A DNA stretch of 64,000 bases, taken from positions 832,001-896,000 of the forward strand of contig OZ242326.1 in the NCBI GenBank assembly GCA_965208325.1. Reading direction: 5' to 3'. Of the stretch, positions 29,894-39,592 are shown one piece after another. The position numbers and the translations under genes were made by a program. The notes under the pieces were generated by a model, which did no database searches, was not told where the DNA came from, and worked only from the letters and a program-made list of their open reading frames with translations. The DNA comes from Candidatus Poribacteria bacterium (GTDB lineage: Bacteria; Poribacteria; WGA-4E; PCPOR2b). How positions within the stretch are numbered: position 1 is the stretch's first letter; the number at the start of each line of letters is the position of its first letter.

Positions 29894-30691
29894 CTAATCC
29901 CATTGAATTACACCTTGATTCCCCTTCAATGTGACGGTCGGCGTCATCAATACCTCGCCTTCCTTTATATCAGGCATCCCAATCGGATCTAAAGCATGTG
30001 CAATTCTGCGGGAGAGGTGTTTCCCCAAATCTGCCTCCATCTCACTATCGGTCTTAAATGTAACCTGCCGCCGCTGCTCTGTTTGATAGGCATACCAATA
30101 CTTGATATAGCCTCTGATTGAATCATTGAATATCAGTTGTCCGGAATTCGTATCAATCACCTTTATCCAAGCGCGCATGTACGCACTCAGCCGTGTGCGA
30201 ACAAAGGTTGCGGATCCTGATATCCCTGCTTGCCTCCCTAGCCGCTGGAGCAGCGTGTTATAATCTTTTCTAGCAAAGGTCGGCTCATCCAGCTTTCCAA
30301 CCACAATCAGATTTGCGTTTAACTCTCTCCCTACTTTTGCGGCTAATGCAGAATCCTCAAACATGTGACTCAGAGTTACGCCCATCTCTTCGAGCTTCGA
30401 TGCAACCGGGTTTACACTCTTCGACTGATCATAAACGAACTGTATTTCTTTGTCTGCATTCTTGAACTTCAAATCGAAGTTTTCTGCCACCCGAATCGGA
30501 ACCCATCTGCCAAGTTTTTCAGCCATCTCCGCGATAAACGGAGCAATCGCAACTCCTTGCGCCTGTTCAATAGGAGGAGGAGTGGTGATTTTTTCACCTT
30601 CGATCGCTTTAGTGCAGCCAGCAACTATAACAAGACCCGCCAAAATCAGAAAAACTTGAAACGGAACAGAAACCATCAACGCTCTCTTCAT
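29894..30691 (-). CDS. Hypothetical lipoprotein (CsgG/TolB-N-like fold possible)
   Basis: AAGGAG RBS; lipobox VAGC; VAIAPF...KVGRELNANLIVVG pattern. Confidence 0.65.
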   Translation of the reverse strand: MKRALMVSVPFQVFLILAGLVIVAGCTKAIEGEKITTPPPIEQAQGVAIAPFIAEMAEKLGRWVPIRVAENFDLKFKNADKEIQFVYDQSKSVNPVASKLEEMGVTLSHMFEDSALAAKVGRELNANLIVVGKLDEPTFARKDYNTLLQRLGRQAGISGSATFVRTRLSAYMRAWIKVIDTNSGQLIFNDSIRGYIKYWYAYQTEQRRQVTFKTDSEMEADLGKHLSRRIAHALDPIGMPDIKEGEVLMTPTVTLKGNQGVIQWD

Positions 30692-31154
30692 GATTCAGTT
30701 TCACTCCTTACCTTAAATGAATAAAATGCGAACTCGCTTTTTTGGAAACGCACAGATTATAGCACAGTTAGATTCCTATGTCAATCATCTCCATGAAAAC
30801 TAAAAAAAAATGTAGGGCAGGTACTGAACCCGATCCTAATCATGTGGAGTACCAGACAGAATTCTACAACAAAAGATATTTGAGCATTAGTCTCAATCCT
30901 TTCACCAATAGGGGTGACACAATTTTTGTCATCTGTACAGATTTGTTTACTACGCCTCCACGCCTGATTTGGTGCGGGTTTTCGCAACCTTCGCGCACAA
31001 TTCGCCGGAATTCTGTAAATAAAATGTTACACCTATTTCCATACTCGGTCAGAACGTTATCCCCTAGACCAAATAATTTCAAACTGCCCGGATGCCATGG
31101 TACATGCGGATTTACGAGTCCAAACCGAGTCTAAATTGAAGCGGAATGCTGGAT

Positions 31155-31171
31155 TTGGCATATATTTTGCG
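31155..31171 (+). promoter_or_regulatory. Putative sigma-54 (-24/-12) promoter
   Basis: TTGGCATATATTTTGCG with exact GG-N10-GC spacing; palindromes TGACA-N7-TGTCA (30915-30931) and TGTAA-N8-TTACA (31014-31031) upstream. Confidence 0.6.
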
Positions 31172-31329
31172 ATGTAAAACCTATATTTTAAGTAATGGAT
31201 TAAGCCCAATAGTAGTGTTCTGTCTAGTGATACCTAAGGGGTTACAATAGCATCATTTAGGCGAAAATGTAAACGTTCGATACTACATGGGCTTCACTAA
31301 ATGAGGGTTGACTCAACGGGGGTGACGAC

Positions 31330-31443
31330 TTGAGCGCTAAACGCAAAACACAAAGATATTTTCGCAAGATAATTAAGCGGTACCTAAAGCGGCAAAATCC
31401 TAGGATGCAGGTAATATACCGTAAGACAACCGCAAACTACTAA
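31330..31443 (+). CDS. Candidate 37-aa highly basic small protein
   Basis: TTG start after GGGGGTGA; MSAKRKTQRYFRKIIKRYLKRQNPRMQVIYRKTTANY (13 K/R, no D/E); below the ORF-track length cutoff. Confidence 0.4.
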   Translation: MSAKRKTQRYFRKIIKRYLKRQNPRMQVIYRKTTANY

Positions 31444-31812
31444 TCGCCGCGAGAGATTTCAAGTAAAGATTTAAAATGGCGTATGCGGATAGCTAGAGCA
31501 TCTTCAGATGGTTATAAAGGCTGACTTCAACTGTTCTAATTTGCCGCACTTCTTTCTTTCAGCAAGCATAAACTCCAAATCAACCTACAAGATAAAACGC
31601 AATGGACTCAATACTGAAATGAGTGGCGAAGATGGAGCTATAAAGGTTCGCAGTAGCGCAATATGTTGTACGTTTTTGCGCCAATTATCATACTAGGCGT
31701 CGTACAAGCAGGTTAAGAATGAATTGACGTGCAATCGATTGCGTTAATACAAAATGAACTGCGTAACCGCATGCATGCGTCAACCGCGAAAACATGTCGC
31801 ATCAATCACATT

Positions 31813-32604
31813 TTACTTACGGCTAAAGCCCATAATTCCTATGATACCGAGCAATGCTAGATTTGGGAATAGCAGCGGCGCAAGTATCGGTGCGCCGTGG
31901 AGAAAGCTCTCTCTTACGCTTTCAGCGGGCGCTGCGAGATTCGCCAGCAGGTGCAAATAGAAGCCGACAACGCCCGCCAAACCGTTCAGCGCCAAGATTA
32001 ACACGCAGAGCGCAAGAAACGGTGCATTGCGCGGCTGCACGATTGCCGTCATCAAGAAACTGACAGCCATGGCGCTTGCATACACAGGAATCCACTCGCG
32101 CCAATCGAAAAATCCGTTTTGAGCATGGTCACAGAGCGACAGAACGAAATTGCCAAGAAATCCGACACACGCCATAACCAGCACCCATCTACCCCATTCT
32201 AGTGACTCTTCGTGGACCGTATGGTGCATGATTAACAGCAAACCAATGCCGGCAAAAGAGAGCGGCGCAATGAACGGCGCAGTGTACACCAGACTCTGAA
32301 TGGTGAAATCGACGAAGAACTGGCTATCAAGATGATACAGCATACCTCCCACGCCGACAAAAATGGACACCCAACCAACGCCAACGCCTGTTAGCCGGTT
32401 CACCTGTGTGCTTCCCATGAAGCGTGCAACCAACAGCAGCGGTACGGCGGCAATCGAAACAATGAACGGTATCCATTCCGCTCTGTGTGCGAAGGCATTT
32501 ATAGAGTGTGCGATGTAAACGTCGATAGCCAAAAAAGCTAGGTTAATGGCGATAAAACACTCCAATAACACTGGACACTTATCCAGCAGCCTACGGTTTT
32601 GCAT
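31813..32604 (-). CDS. Polytopic membrane protein with two-fold internal repeat, partner of the octaheme cytochrome
   Basis: About 8 hydrophobic helices; repeated H..N.F....EWIP, YxHL-type and AP..APL motifs; start overlaps the cytochrome stop. Confidence 0.75.
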   Translation of the reverse strand: MQNRRLLDKCPVLLECFIAINLAFLAIDVYIAHSINAFAHRAEWIPFIVSIAAVPLLLVARFMGSTQVNRLTGVGVGWVSIFVGVGGMLYHLDSQFFVDFTIQSLVYTAPFIAPLSFAGIGLLLIMHHTVHEESLEWGRWVLVMACVGFLGNFVLSLCDHAQNGFFDWREWIPVYASAMAVSFLMTAIVQPRNAPFLALCVLILALNGLAGVVGFYLHLLANLAAPAESVRESFLHGAPILAPLLFPNLALLGIIGIMGFSRK

Positions 32605-33826
32605 GGCGTTCTCGGAGTTCCGCCGCAATGTGCTTCATCTCAGTGGCCTTCAGCAGCAGCTCATAATTCCCATGCCACTGCACGAAATCTGCGCCGCCCA
32701 TAAATGCGCCGTGTTTGGCGGTCCGTCCATAATAATGCCACAGGTCGAAATAGATAAATTCTATCGGCTCATCGAAAGGATCGGGCGTAAGCAAACCCTC
32801 CTGCCGAAGTTCAGTCATTAACGCTTTCGCTTCGGATATCTTCGCGTTCGTCGCTTCAACAACCCCTTCAGCTTCTTGATAAATTCTCTCCACATGCGTT
32901 TGGGCGTGACATTTCAGGCAGGTCTCTTTCATCGCGCTCTGTGCCTGATGATAGGTTGGTCGCTGCTTTGACACCGGCGAGAATAACCAGTACGATAACC
33001 GCTCTGACGTGTCGTGCGTAACCTTCAAGCCTTCCAATCCGCTAAGGTGGCAGGTCGAACATGTGGGTACAGACATATCAGCGGTGGATAGATGTTTCGG
33101 ATCAGCGCCGAGATTCATCTCGCGTTTCTGTGCGTTGTAAAGTACGCCGTGTTTCGACTCATGGAAAATCTCGATTTGCGAGTGATCCGGACCCATGTGG
33201 CATTGTCCGCAGGTCTCGGGTTCCCGTGCGAGCGCGACTGATGTAGTGTGCCACGCGTGGCAATGCGTGCATGTACCGATTGATCCGTCCGAGTTCGGCT
33301 TGCCGATGTCGTGACAGCCTAAACATCCAACATCAATAGCGCTTTGCCCTTCTCTCTGCGCGAGTTGATTGGCAGCACGATTGACCGCCCCTTCATGGTA
33401 AGTTTCCGCAAATTCAATCTGTTCAACCGTGAAATCCTGCTTACCTCGGACGGCTGCCCAAGCCGGCGCGCCGTGGCGGCTCTTGATAAACTGCTGGTAC
33501 TCAGTCGTGTGGCACTGGCTACAGTTTTTCGCCGTAAGTTCCCCGGCGATGGTGAATCCGTTATGCGGCTGCTGTGCTTGCCCTTCTAGCGCTTGGTGAC
33601 AATCGAGGCAGGTCACGCCGCTATTCGCATGACGGCTTCTTTCAAATTGATGTACGACCGCTGAGGTCTCTCTTCGATGGCATGTTGCACACTTGCCAGT
33701 CGCTCGCACAAACTCGGCTTTCGGTTGCTCCGTCTCGTGAGCCGGGCGTCTTGCATTGAAAAACACCGCGCCCACAATGAAGGCAGCGCCCACAACCACA
33801 CTGATGAAAATTGCTCTGAACGTCAT
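32591..33826 (-). CDS. Octaheme c-type cytochrome, HAO-like family, N-terminally anchored
   Basis: Eight CxxCH motifs (CATCH, CLDCH, CSQCH, CLGCH, CTHCH, CGQCH, CSTCH, CLKCH); CHMGPDHSQIEIFHESKHG signature. Confidence 0.88.
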   Translation of the reverse strand: MTFRAIFISVVVGAAFIVGAVFFNARRPAHETEQPKAEFVRATGKCATCHRRETSAVVHQFERSRHANSGVTCLDCHQALEGQAQQPHNGFTIAGELTAKNCSQCHTTEYQQFIKSRHGAPAWAAVRGKQDFTVEQIEFAETYHEGAVNRAANQLAQREGQSAIDVGCLGCHDIGKPNSDGSIGTCTHCHAWHTTSVALAREPETCGQCHMGPDHSQIEIFHESKHGVLYNAQKREMNLGADPKHLSTADMSVPTCSTCHLSGLEGLKVTHDTSERLSYWLFSPVSKQRPTYHQAQSAMKETCLKCHAQTHVERIYQEAEGVVEATNAKISEAKALMTELRQEGLLTPDPFDEPIEFIYFDLWHYYGRTAKHGAFMGGADFVQWHGNYELLLKATEMKHIAAELRERHAKP

Positions 33827-34219
33827 TTGTGCCCTCTGATTATTTTCTGCCTACGCCCCGGATTTCCCATATGTGAATGGTACATGTACATGCTATCGAA
33901 GCCGATATTGACCAACTCAACATCGGAATCTGAAGCAAACTGCGTTTCCACCTAGTGGAGTGATAAGGTGAGATTTAGAAACGACTTCATGGTGCTGCAA
34001 GTAATTTACGCAAATTATACGACAAGAAGTCACCCAAGATCAAGTTAGCTTCCACGAGTTTTGATTGCGCAACGCATTTGATCGCATTATAATACCCTAT
34101 CTGTAATTTTCACTGAACGATAAATTCTATAAGTGCCTATCCGCCAAAAACACCGCCTACACTATACGAAAATCGCAGTTAATCCGTCAATCCCGTGAAT
34201 TACCAGTAAATAGGAGATT

Positions 34220-34999
34220 ATGGTTAGCGAAGAGGTTACAGGCGGCTCGCGTGTCGCCATCGTTACAGGGGCAGCTAGTGGAATTGGACGCGCTATTGCC
34301 GAAGCGTTCGCGCTTGGCGGCATCCAAGTAATCGTAGCCGATTTTAACAGAGAACAGGGACAGGCTGTCGCTGACGCGGCGGGCGGCGACTTGGTAGTTG
34401 TGGATCTCGCTTTAAAAGATGACTGCCGCCGTTTGGTGCACGAAACACTGGCACTCCATGGCAGAATTGACATTTTGGTCAATAACGCAGGGATGCAGCA
34501 TGTTGATCCTATTGAGATGTTTCCTGAGGAGATTTGGGATAGGATGCTGGCGGTGATGCTCACCGCTCCGTTTTTACTCACCAAATATGTTTGGCGAACG
34601 ATGACAGCGTCCGGTTGGGGGCGCATTGTGAATGTCGGTTCGATTCACAGCCGAGTCGCATCGCCCTTTAAGAGCGCCTACGTGACAGCCAAGCACGGTC
34701 TCATCGGTCTCACGCGCACTGCCGCACTGGAAGGCGGCGCGCACGGCATTACCGTCAACGCAATTTGCCCCGCCTATGTGGATTCCGCCCTTACGGAAGA
34801 CCAAATCGCCGATCAGGCACGTACGCGTGCACTCTCGCCCCAAGAAGTAATTGCGCAAGTTATGTTGGAACCTGCTGCAATCAAACGGCTCATTGCACCT
34901 GAAGAGGTGGCGTCGCTAGTCGCCTACTTGTGTTCGGACGCCGCTAACGCCGTCACTGGGGCGGACTGGACGATTGATTTAGGCTGGACGGCGCGCTAA
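34220..34999 (+). CDS. bdhA: 3-hydroxybutyrate dehydrogenase (SDR family)
   Basis: [34 protein letters not shown] and GWTAR motifs. Confidence 0.82.
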   Translation: MVSEEVTGGSRVAIVTGAASGIGRAIAEAFALGGIQVIVADFNREQGQAVADAAGGDLVVVDLALKDDCRRLVHETLALHGRIDILVNNAGMQHVDPIEMFPEEIWDRMLAVMLTAPFLLTKYVWRTMTASGWGRIVNVGSIHSRVASPFKSAYVTAKHGLIGLTRTAALEGGAHGITVNAICPAYVDSALTEDQIADQARTRALSPQEVIAQVMLEPAAIKRLIAPEEVASLVAYLCSDAANAVTGADWTIDLGWTAR

Positions 35000-35116
35000 C
35001 CGAGAAAAACCGTAAACCTGATGAATGAACACAAGCTGAAGAAGCGGATTTAGAGCTTGGGTGTTCATCACTATGCACCATGCACAAACGCACTTTCCGC
35101 GCGTGGAGGACGTACT

Positions 35117-36247
35117 TTGCCTGAGGACATTTACGATGCGATTATCATCGGCGCCGGAGGTATGGGGAGTGCAACAGCATATCACCTTGCCAGCTCTGGC
35201 GCCAAAACGCTGGTATTGGAACAATTTTCCCGCGGACATGCACTCGGCAGTTCGCACGGAGATAGCCGGATTATTCGTCTTGCCTACGAGAAAACGATCT
35301 ATGTGAAGTTGATGAAATCTGCATACGCAGAATGGCGTAAGCTGGAGGCGGCGTCAGGGAAGAAACTGCTGTACGACACCGGTGGTATTACAATTGCTCC
35401 TAAAGAGCACGATTATATCATTGGTTTGCGTAACAGCTTAGAGGCGGCGGGCGTTGAATCGGAATGGTGGGACAGAAGGCAGGTTTCCCAGCGTTTCCCT
35501 CAATTTGAGATTGATGACAACGTGTGCGTGCTGTGGCAAGCAGATACCGGTTTCCTCTACGCCTCCGAGTGTGTTTCAACGCATTTGCAGCTGGCTGAAA
35601 GTCACGGCGCTGAGATTCGAGAAAACACCTGTGTCAGCAATATCGACTGGCAGCGCAGTGTTGCTCAGGTAATCGCTAATGGCGAATCCTTCAAAGGAAT
35701 AAACGTGATTGTAACCGCCGGACCTTGGACAACTTCCATTCTCAGCACACTTGAACTCCCCTTGACAGTAACCCGTCAGCAGGTCGTTTATTTCCGTCCC
35801 ACAGACGTAAACCTATTTCAACCGGGAAGATTCCCCGTCTTCATCGAAATATCACAAGGCGAGTTCATCTACGGGATACCAATCTTCAAATTTGGCGGCG
35901 TAAAGGCTGCCCGGCACGGGTTGGGGGAAACAGTATCACCGGACAAATGCGACCGCAACCCTAGCGCAGACTATATAGAGCATTTGCACGCTTATCTGAA
36001 GGCACGCATTCCCGATGCCGCCGGCGAGTTGCTTCACGCTCAAGTTTGCCTGTACACGGAGACTCCCGATGGCGACTTTATAATCGACACCCATCCTGAC
36101 TGTCCGCAACTCATCATTGCGGCGGGGTTTTCCGGTCATGGGTTTAAGTTCTGTAGTCTTGTGGGGCGCATTCTTGCGGAATTAACTTCTTCCGGTAAAA
36201 CGAACTTCGACGTTCGGCCATTCAGTGTGGCGCGATTCGCGCCGTGA
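35117..36247 (+). CDS. solA: N-methyl-L-tryptophan oxidase / monomeric sarcosine oxidase
   Basis: GAGGMG, GSSHGDSRIIR, CLYT (covalent-flavin Cys), FSGHGFKF; TTG start after GGAGGA. Confidence 0.85.
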   Translation: MPEDIYDAIIIGAGGMGSATAYHLASSGAKTLVLEQFSRGHALGSSHGDSRIIRLAYEKTIYVKLMKSAYAEWRKLEAASGKKLLYDTGGITIAPKEHDYIIGLRNSLEAAGVESEWWDRRQVSQRFPQFEIDDNVCVLWQADTGFLYASECVSTHLQLAESHGAEIRENTCVSNIDWQRSVAQVIANGESFKGINVIVTAGPWTTSILSTLELPLTVTRQQVVYFRPTDVNLFQPGRFPVFIEISQGEFIYGIPIFKFGGVKAARHGLGETVSPDKCDRNPSADYIEHLHAYLKARIPDAAGELLHAQVCLYTETPDGDFIIDTHPDCPQLIIAAGFSGHGFKFCSLVGRILAELTSSGKTNFDVRPFSVARFAP

Positions 36248-36344
36248 GGGCAAACACCAAAATAGACTCAGTGAAACTTCTCAGAGCATACGTCCGCTCC
36301 TAAATTAATCTCGTCAGAGTTGGGTGCCAACCACATCAGAACCC

Positions 36345-36914
36345 ATGAACACGCAATCACATGTGATTATCAATGCCGCACTGCTGAGTCGGAAGGATAA
36401 GCCGCATCTGCAGCGCTACTTGCTTTTGGGTGCATTGATACCAGACCTGCCGATGTTTGTCTTTTTCGTTGTCGAAGCGTTCATGTTTGGACATCCTCAA
36501 CAACAGATTTGGTCAGAACGCTATTTTCTCCCGCAATGGCAAAACTTCATTGACATTTTCAACGCCGTGCCGCTCATACTGATTGTTCTCGGAATTGGTT
36601 ACCGCCTCAAGTCCGAGGCGGTTAAATTCTGCTGCTTGAGCATGCTGTTACACTGCGCCGCGGATTTTTTCCTGCATCACGACGACGCCCATCGGCATTT
36701 TTTCCCATTACTACAATTCAGATTCAGCAGCCCAATCTCATACTGGGATGCAGCCCGTTACGGGCGCATTGTTTCGCTCATTGAAATCGTGATAACAATC
36801 TTGGCTTCCATCTACCTTTTTCCTCGACTAAATTCCCGCATCGCGCGAGGCGTTTTAATTGCCGTGAATTGCCTCTCCGTGCTCCTCTACATCGGCTTTG
36901 CAACACTGAATTAA
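36345..36914 (+). CDS. Hypothetical membrane protein, possible metal-dependent hydrolase
   Basis: N-terminal SH, GALIPD, LLHCAADFFLHHDDAHRH and PISYWD motifs. Confidence 0.6.
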   Translation: MNTQSHVIINAALLSRKDKPHLQRYLLLGALIPDLPMFVFFVVEAFMFGHPQQQIWSERYFLPQWQNFIDIFNAVPLILIVLGIGYRLKSEAVKFCCLSMLLHCAADFFLHHDDAHRHFFPLLQFRFSSPISYWDAARYGRIVSLIEIVITILASIYLFPRLNSRIARGVLIAVNCLSVLLYIGFATLN

Positions 36915-36950
36915 CCGACCGCTTATACCCTTGATGCAGTGAGCCGCTGG

Positions 36951-37832
36951 TTACACATGCAGTCGATCAATCAAGGCACGCAGGTTTCGCATGCAGTGCC
37001 GCGACGCTTCTTCTCCACCTTGGGAAAACGCGGTGCCACCCGGGCGATTAAGCTGGTCGTCGTCGATTCTCAGACTTGGGCGCCAATGCGTTTCCAAACA
37101 GAGGTGTCCACGATACCCATCATCAACAAAAGCCTGAAGTTGCCCGAGCCAATCAATCGTACCTTCACCGACAGCGACGCATTCGATTTTACCGGTCACA
37201 GGGTTTTTTAGCGCGTCCTTCAAGTGAGCATGAACCATTAGTGTTTTGAGGCGGTGATAGGCGTTAGGGTAAGGTATTTCTCCATCCTTATCCGCATGGG
37301 CTTCATTTGCTGGGTCCCAGATGGCGCGGACGTTTGGCGATTTGATTTCGCGCACAAATCGTTCCGTCAGTTTGGCAGTCGCGAGCGAAGTAGAATGTTC
37401 GTTTTCCATACCCAAGATTACCCCTTCATGCTCAGCAATCCGCACCGGTTCAAAATAGGCGGCGACAATTTCAGGCCAACGCTCCTCCGTGTTATCCGTC
37501 TTCCAGAATGCGAAGGTGCGAACCAGATTGGTGTCAAGCGCCTTCGCTAGATTGATACACCGCTTCAGTATATTCAGATGCTCCCTGCGTTCATTTTTAT
37601 TGTCAATGTCACATTTCAAGAACGGCGAAGCGATTCCGGCAATCTTGAGGTTTGTCCCTTTCAAAATCCGTTTCATTTCACCGATGTCGGTCTCGGACAA
37701 ATCCTGCGGCGGCTTTCCCCACACGGTCCTAATCTCAATGGAATCGAGTTTGAACGACGTTGCAAAATCTACAACCGTTTGAAAGTCCTGTGACACCTCG
37801 TCACTGACAACACCAATTTTGAACATCTGCAT
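36951..37832 (-). CDS. Sugar phosphate isomerase/epimerase (xylose-isomerase-like TIM barrel)
   Basis: SDEVSQD, ENE, WDPAN, HLKD and LETHW metal-ligand motifs. Confidence 0.87.
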   Translation of the reverse strand: MQMFKIGVVSDEVSQDFQTVVDFATSFKLDSIEIRTVWGKPPQDLSETDIGEMKRILKGTNLKIAGIASPFLKCDIDNKNERREHLNILKRCINLAKALDTNLVRTFAFWKTDNTEERWPEIVAAYFEPVRIAEHEGVILGMENEHSTSLATAKLTERFVREIKSPNVRAIWDPANEAHADKDGEIPYPNAYHRLKTLMVHAHLKDALKNPVTGKIECVAVGEGTIDWLGQLQAFVDDGYRGHLCLETHWRPSLRIDDDQLNRPGGTAFSQGGEEASRHCMRNLRALIDRLHV

Positions 37833-37848
37833 CTACTCCAAGCGTAAG

Positions 37849-39474
37849 TTAACGCCAAGGGTCGCCCGTATAACGATGGCGGAGCGACTTCTTGTCAAGT
37901 TTGCCCACACTGGTCTTCGGAATTTCATCTACGAATGAAATTTTGTCGGGCAACCAAAATTTTGGGAACTTTGAATCGAGGTGCAAAACTAGTTCTTCTT
38001 CCGTTACGGCGCCTGCGTCCGAATCCAAAACAACAACTGCAAGCGGCCGCTCAATCCACCGTTCATCGGGTATTGCAATGACTGCGGCTTCCCTTACCTT
38101 GGGGTGATCCAAAAGTGCGTTTTCGATTTCGAGGCTTGAAATCCATTCACCGCCGCTTTTTACTAGGTCTTTCGCACGGTCGACTATCTGCATGCACCCA
38201 TCGGTGCTAATCACCGCCACGTCGCCGGTACGAAACCATCCATCCGTAGTGAAGTGCTCTGGACTGGGCTTAACCTTGTAATAGCTATTGGCAACCCACG
38301 GCCCGCGGACTTGCAGTTCGCCCATCGCAACACCGTCCCAAGGTAATAATTCGCCTGTTTCATCCACAATGCGCATCTCGACACCCGCAAGGGGGTAACC
38401 CTGCTTTGCTTTGATATCCCATTGGGCGTGTTCTAAGATTGCGCTATGATGGCTCTGCAGATTCAACAGCGTTCCAACCGGTGATGTCTCTGTCATACCC
38501 CATCCTTGCATCACATTGACATGCAACTCTGTCTCGTAGGCTTGAATAAGAGGACGGGGCATAGCGGCGCCTCCTACCGCCAATGTGCGGATATGTGATG
38601 TATCCCTTGGTTTTGTCTTTAGCTCTTCATACAAACCTGACCAGAGCGTCGGCACCCCTGCGGGTACCGTAACCTTTTGGTCCGCGATCATTTGTGCCAG
38701 ATCGGAAGGTTTTAGATATTGTCCAGGCAAAACCATATCCGCTCCGGCAAATGCGCAGGCGTATGGCAACCCCCACGCCATAGCATGGTACATCGGTACA
38801 GCCGGCATGACCACGTCTTGTTCGCTTAAGGCGAATGCGTTTGCGTGGCTAATTCCCATCGTGTGCAGATACACGGATCGGTGGCTGTAAAGCACACCCT
38901 TTGGATTTCCCGTGGTGCCGCTCGTGTAACACAAGCCCATTGCCGCTTTTTCGTCCATGCCGCTCCATTCATAATCCTCGAACGCTTGCGCCATCAAATC
39001 TTCGTAAAAACTGACGTTAGGCAGTTTCGTTTGCACCCCGGAATCGACGTTGAACAAGACATAGTGCTCCACGCAGCCAATCTGATCGGCGGCCTGCTCG
39101 AATACCGGCAACACGGCCGCGTCAATAAACACAGCCTTATCCTCCGCATGATTTACGACATAAGCGAGTAGTTCAGGAGATAGGCGGATGTTCAACGTGT
39201 GACACACTGCGGCGGTGCACGGCACTGCGAAATACAATTCGAGGTGTTGAAAACTGTTCCATGCAAAGGTGCCCACCCGGTCGCCCGATTCGATGCCTAG
39301 AGCGCCCAACACGTTTGCCAGCCGTTTAACGCGATGATAAAGATCGGCGTATGAATACCGGTGCATAGTGCCGCCGGGAAGCTTTGTGGTAACCTGCTTG
39401 TGTGGATGCATGCGGTAAGCGTGTTCCAAAATACGGTCTATTGTGAGTTGGTAATCCATCATTAGACCTTCCAT
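37849..39474 (-). CDS. Fatty acid--CoA ligase (AlkK/DmdB-like)
   Basis: [33 protein letters not shown] and PKTSVGK motifs. Confidence 0.92.
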   Translation of the reverse strand: MEGLMMDYQLTIDRILEHAYRMHPHKQVTTKLPGGTMHRYSYADLYHRVKRLANVLGALGIESGDRVGTFAWNSFQHLELYFAVPCTAAVCHTLNIRLSPELLAYVVNHAEDKAVFIDAAVLPVFEQAADQIGCVEHYVLFNVDSGVQTKLPNVSFYEDLMAQAFEDYEWSGMDEKAAMGLCYTSGTTGNPKGVLYSHRSVYLHTMGISHANAFALSEQDVVMPAVPMYHAMAWGLPYACAFAGADMVLPGQYLKPSDLAQMIADQKVTVPAGVPTLWSGLYEELKTKPRDTSHIRTLAVGGAAMPRPLIQAYETELHVNVMQGWGMTETSPVGTLLNLQSHHSAILEHAQWDIKAKQGYPLAGVEMRIVDETGELLPWDGVAMGELQVRGPWVANSYYKVKPSPEHFTTDGWFRTGDVAVISTDGCMQIVDRAKDLVKSGGEWISSLEIENALLDHPKVREAAVIAIPDERWIERPLAVVVLDSDAGAVTEEELVLHLDSKFPKFWLPDKISFVDEIPKTSVGKLDKKSLRHRYTGDPWR

Positions 39475-39592
39475 TGATATTGCTCCTCAAACGAGTTAAC
39501 CTGGTTAGCCGTAATTCAACAATCAATCCTCGGATTCACCGTTCCGTGCACAGCGCCTTGAACGTGACACCCCGTCTTCATCGTAATGGACG

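Noticed and set aside
30778..31134. 118-aa ORF in the AT-rich gap
   Set aside because: No clear RBS or motif, and it overlaps the putative enhancer region
31318..31460. tmRNA suggested by GGGGGTG and a GCAAAC...TAA tag-like stretch
   Set aside because: No tRNA-like 3' end (T-arm, CCA) and no convincing ALAA-type tag
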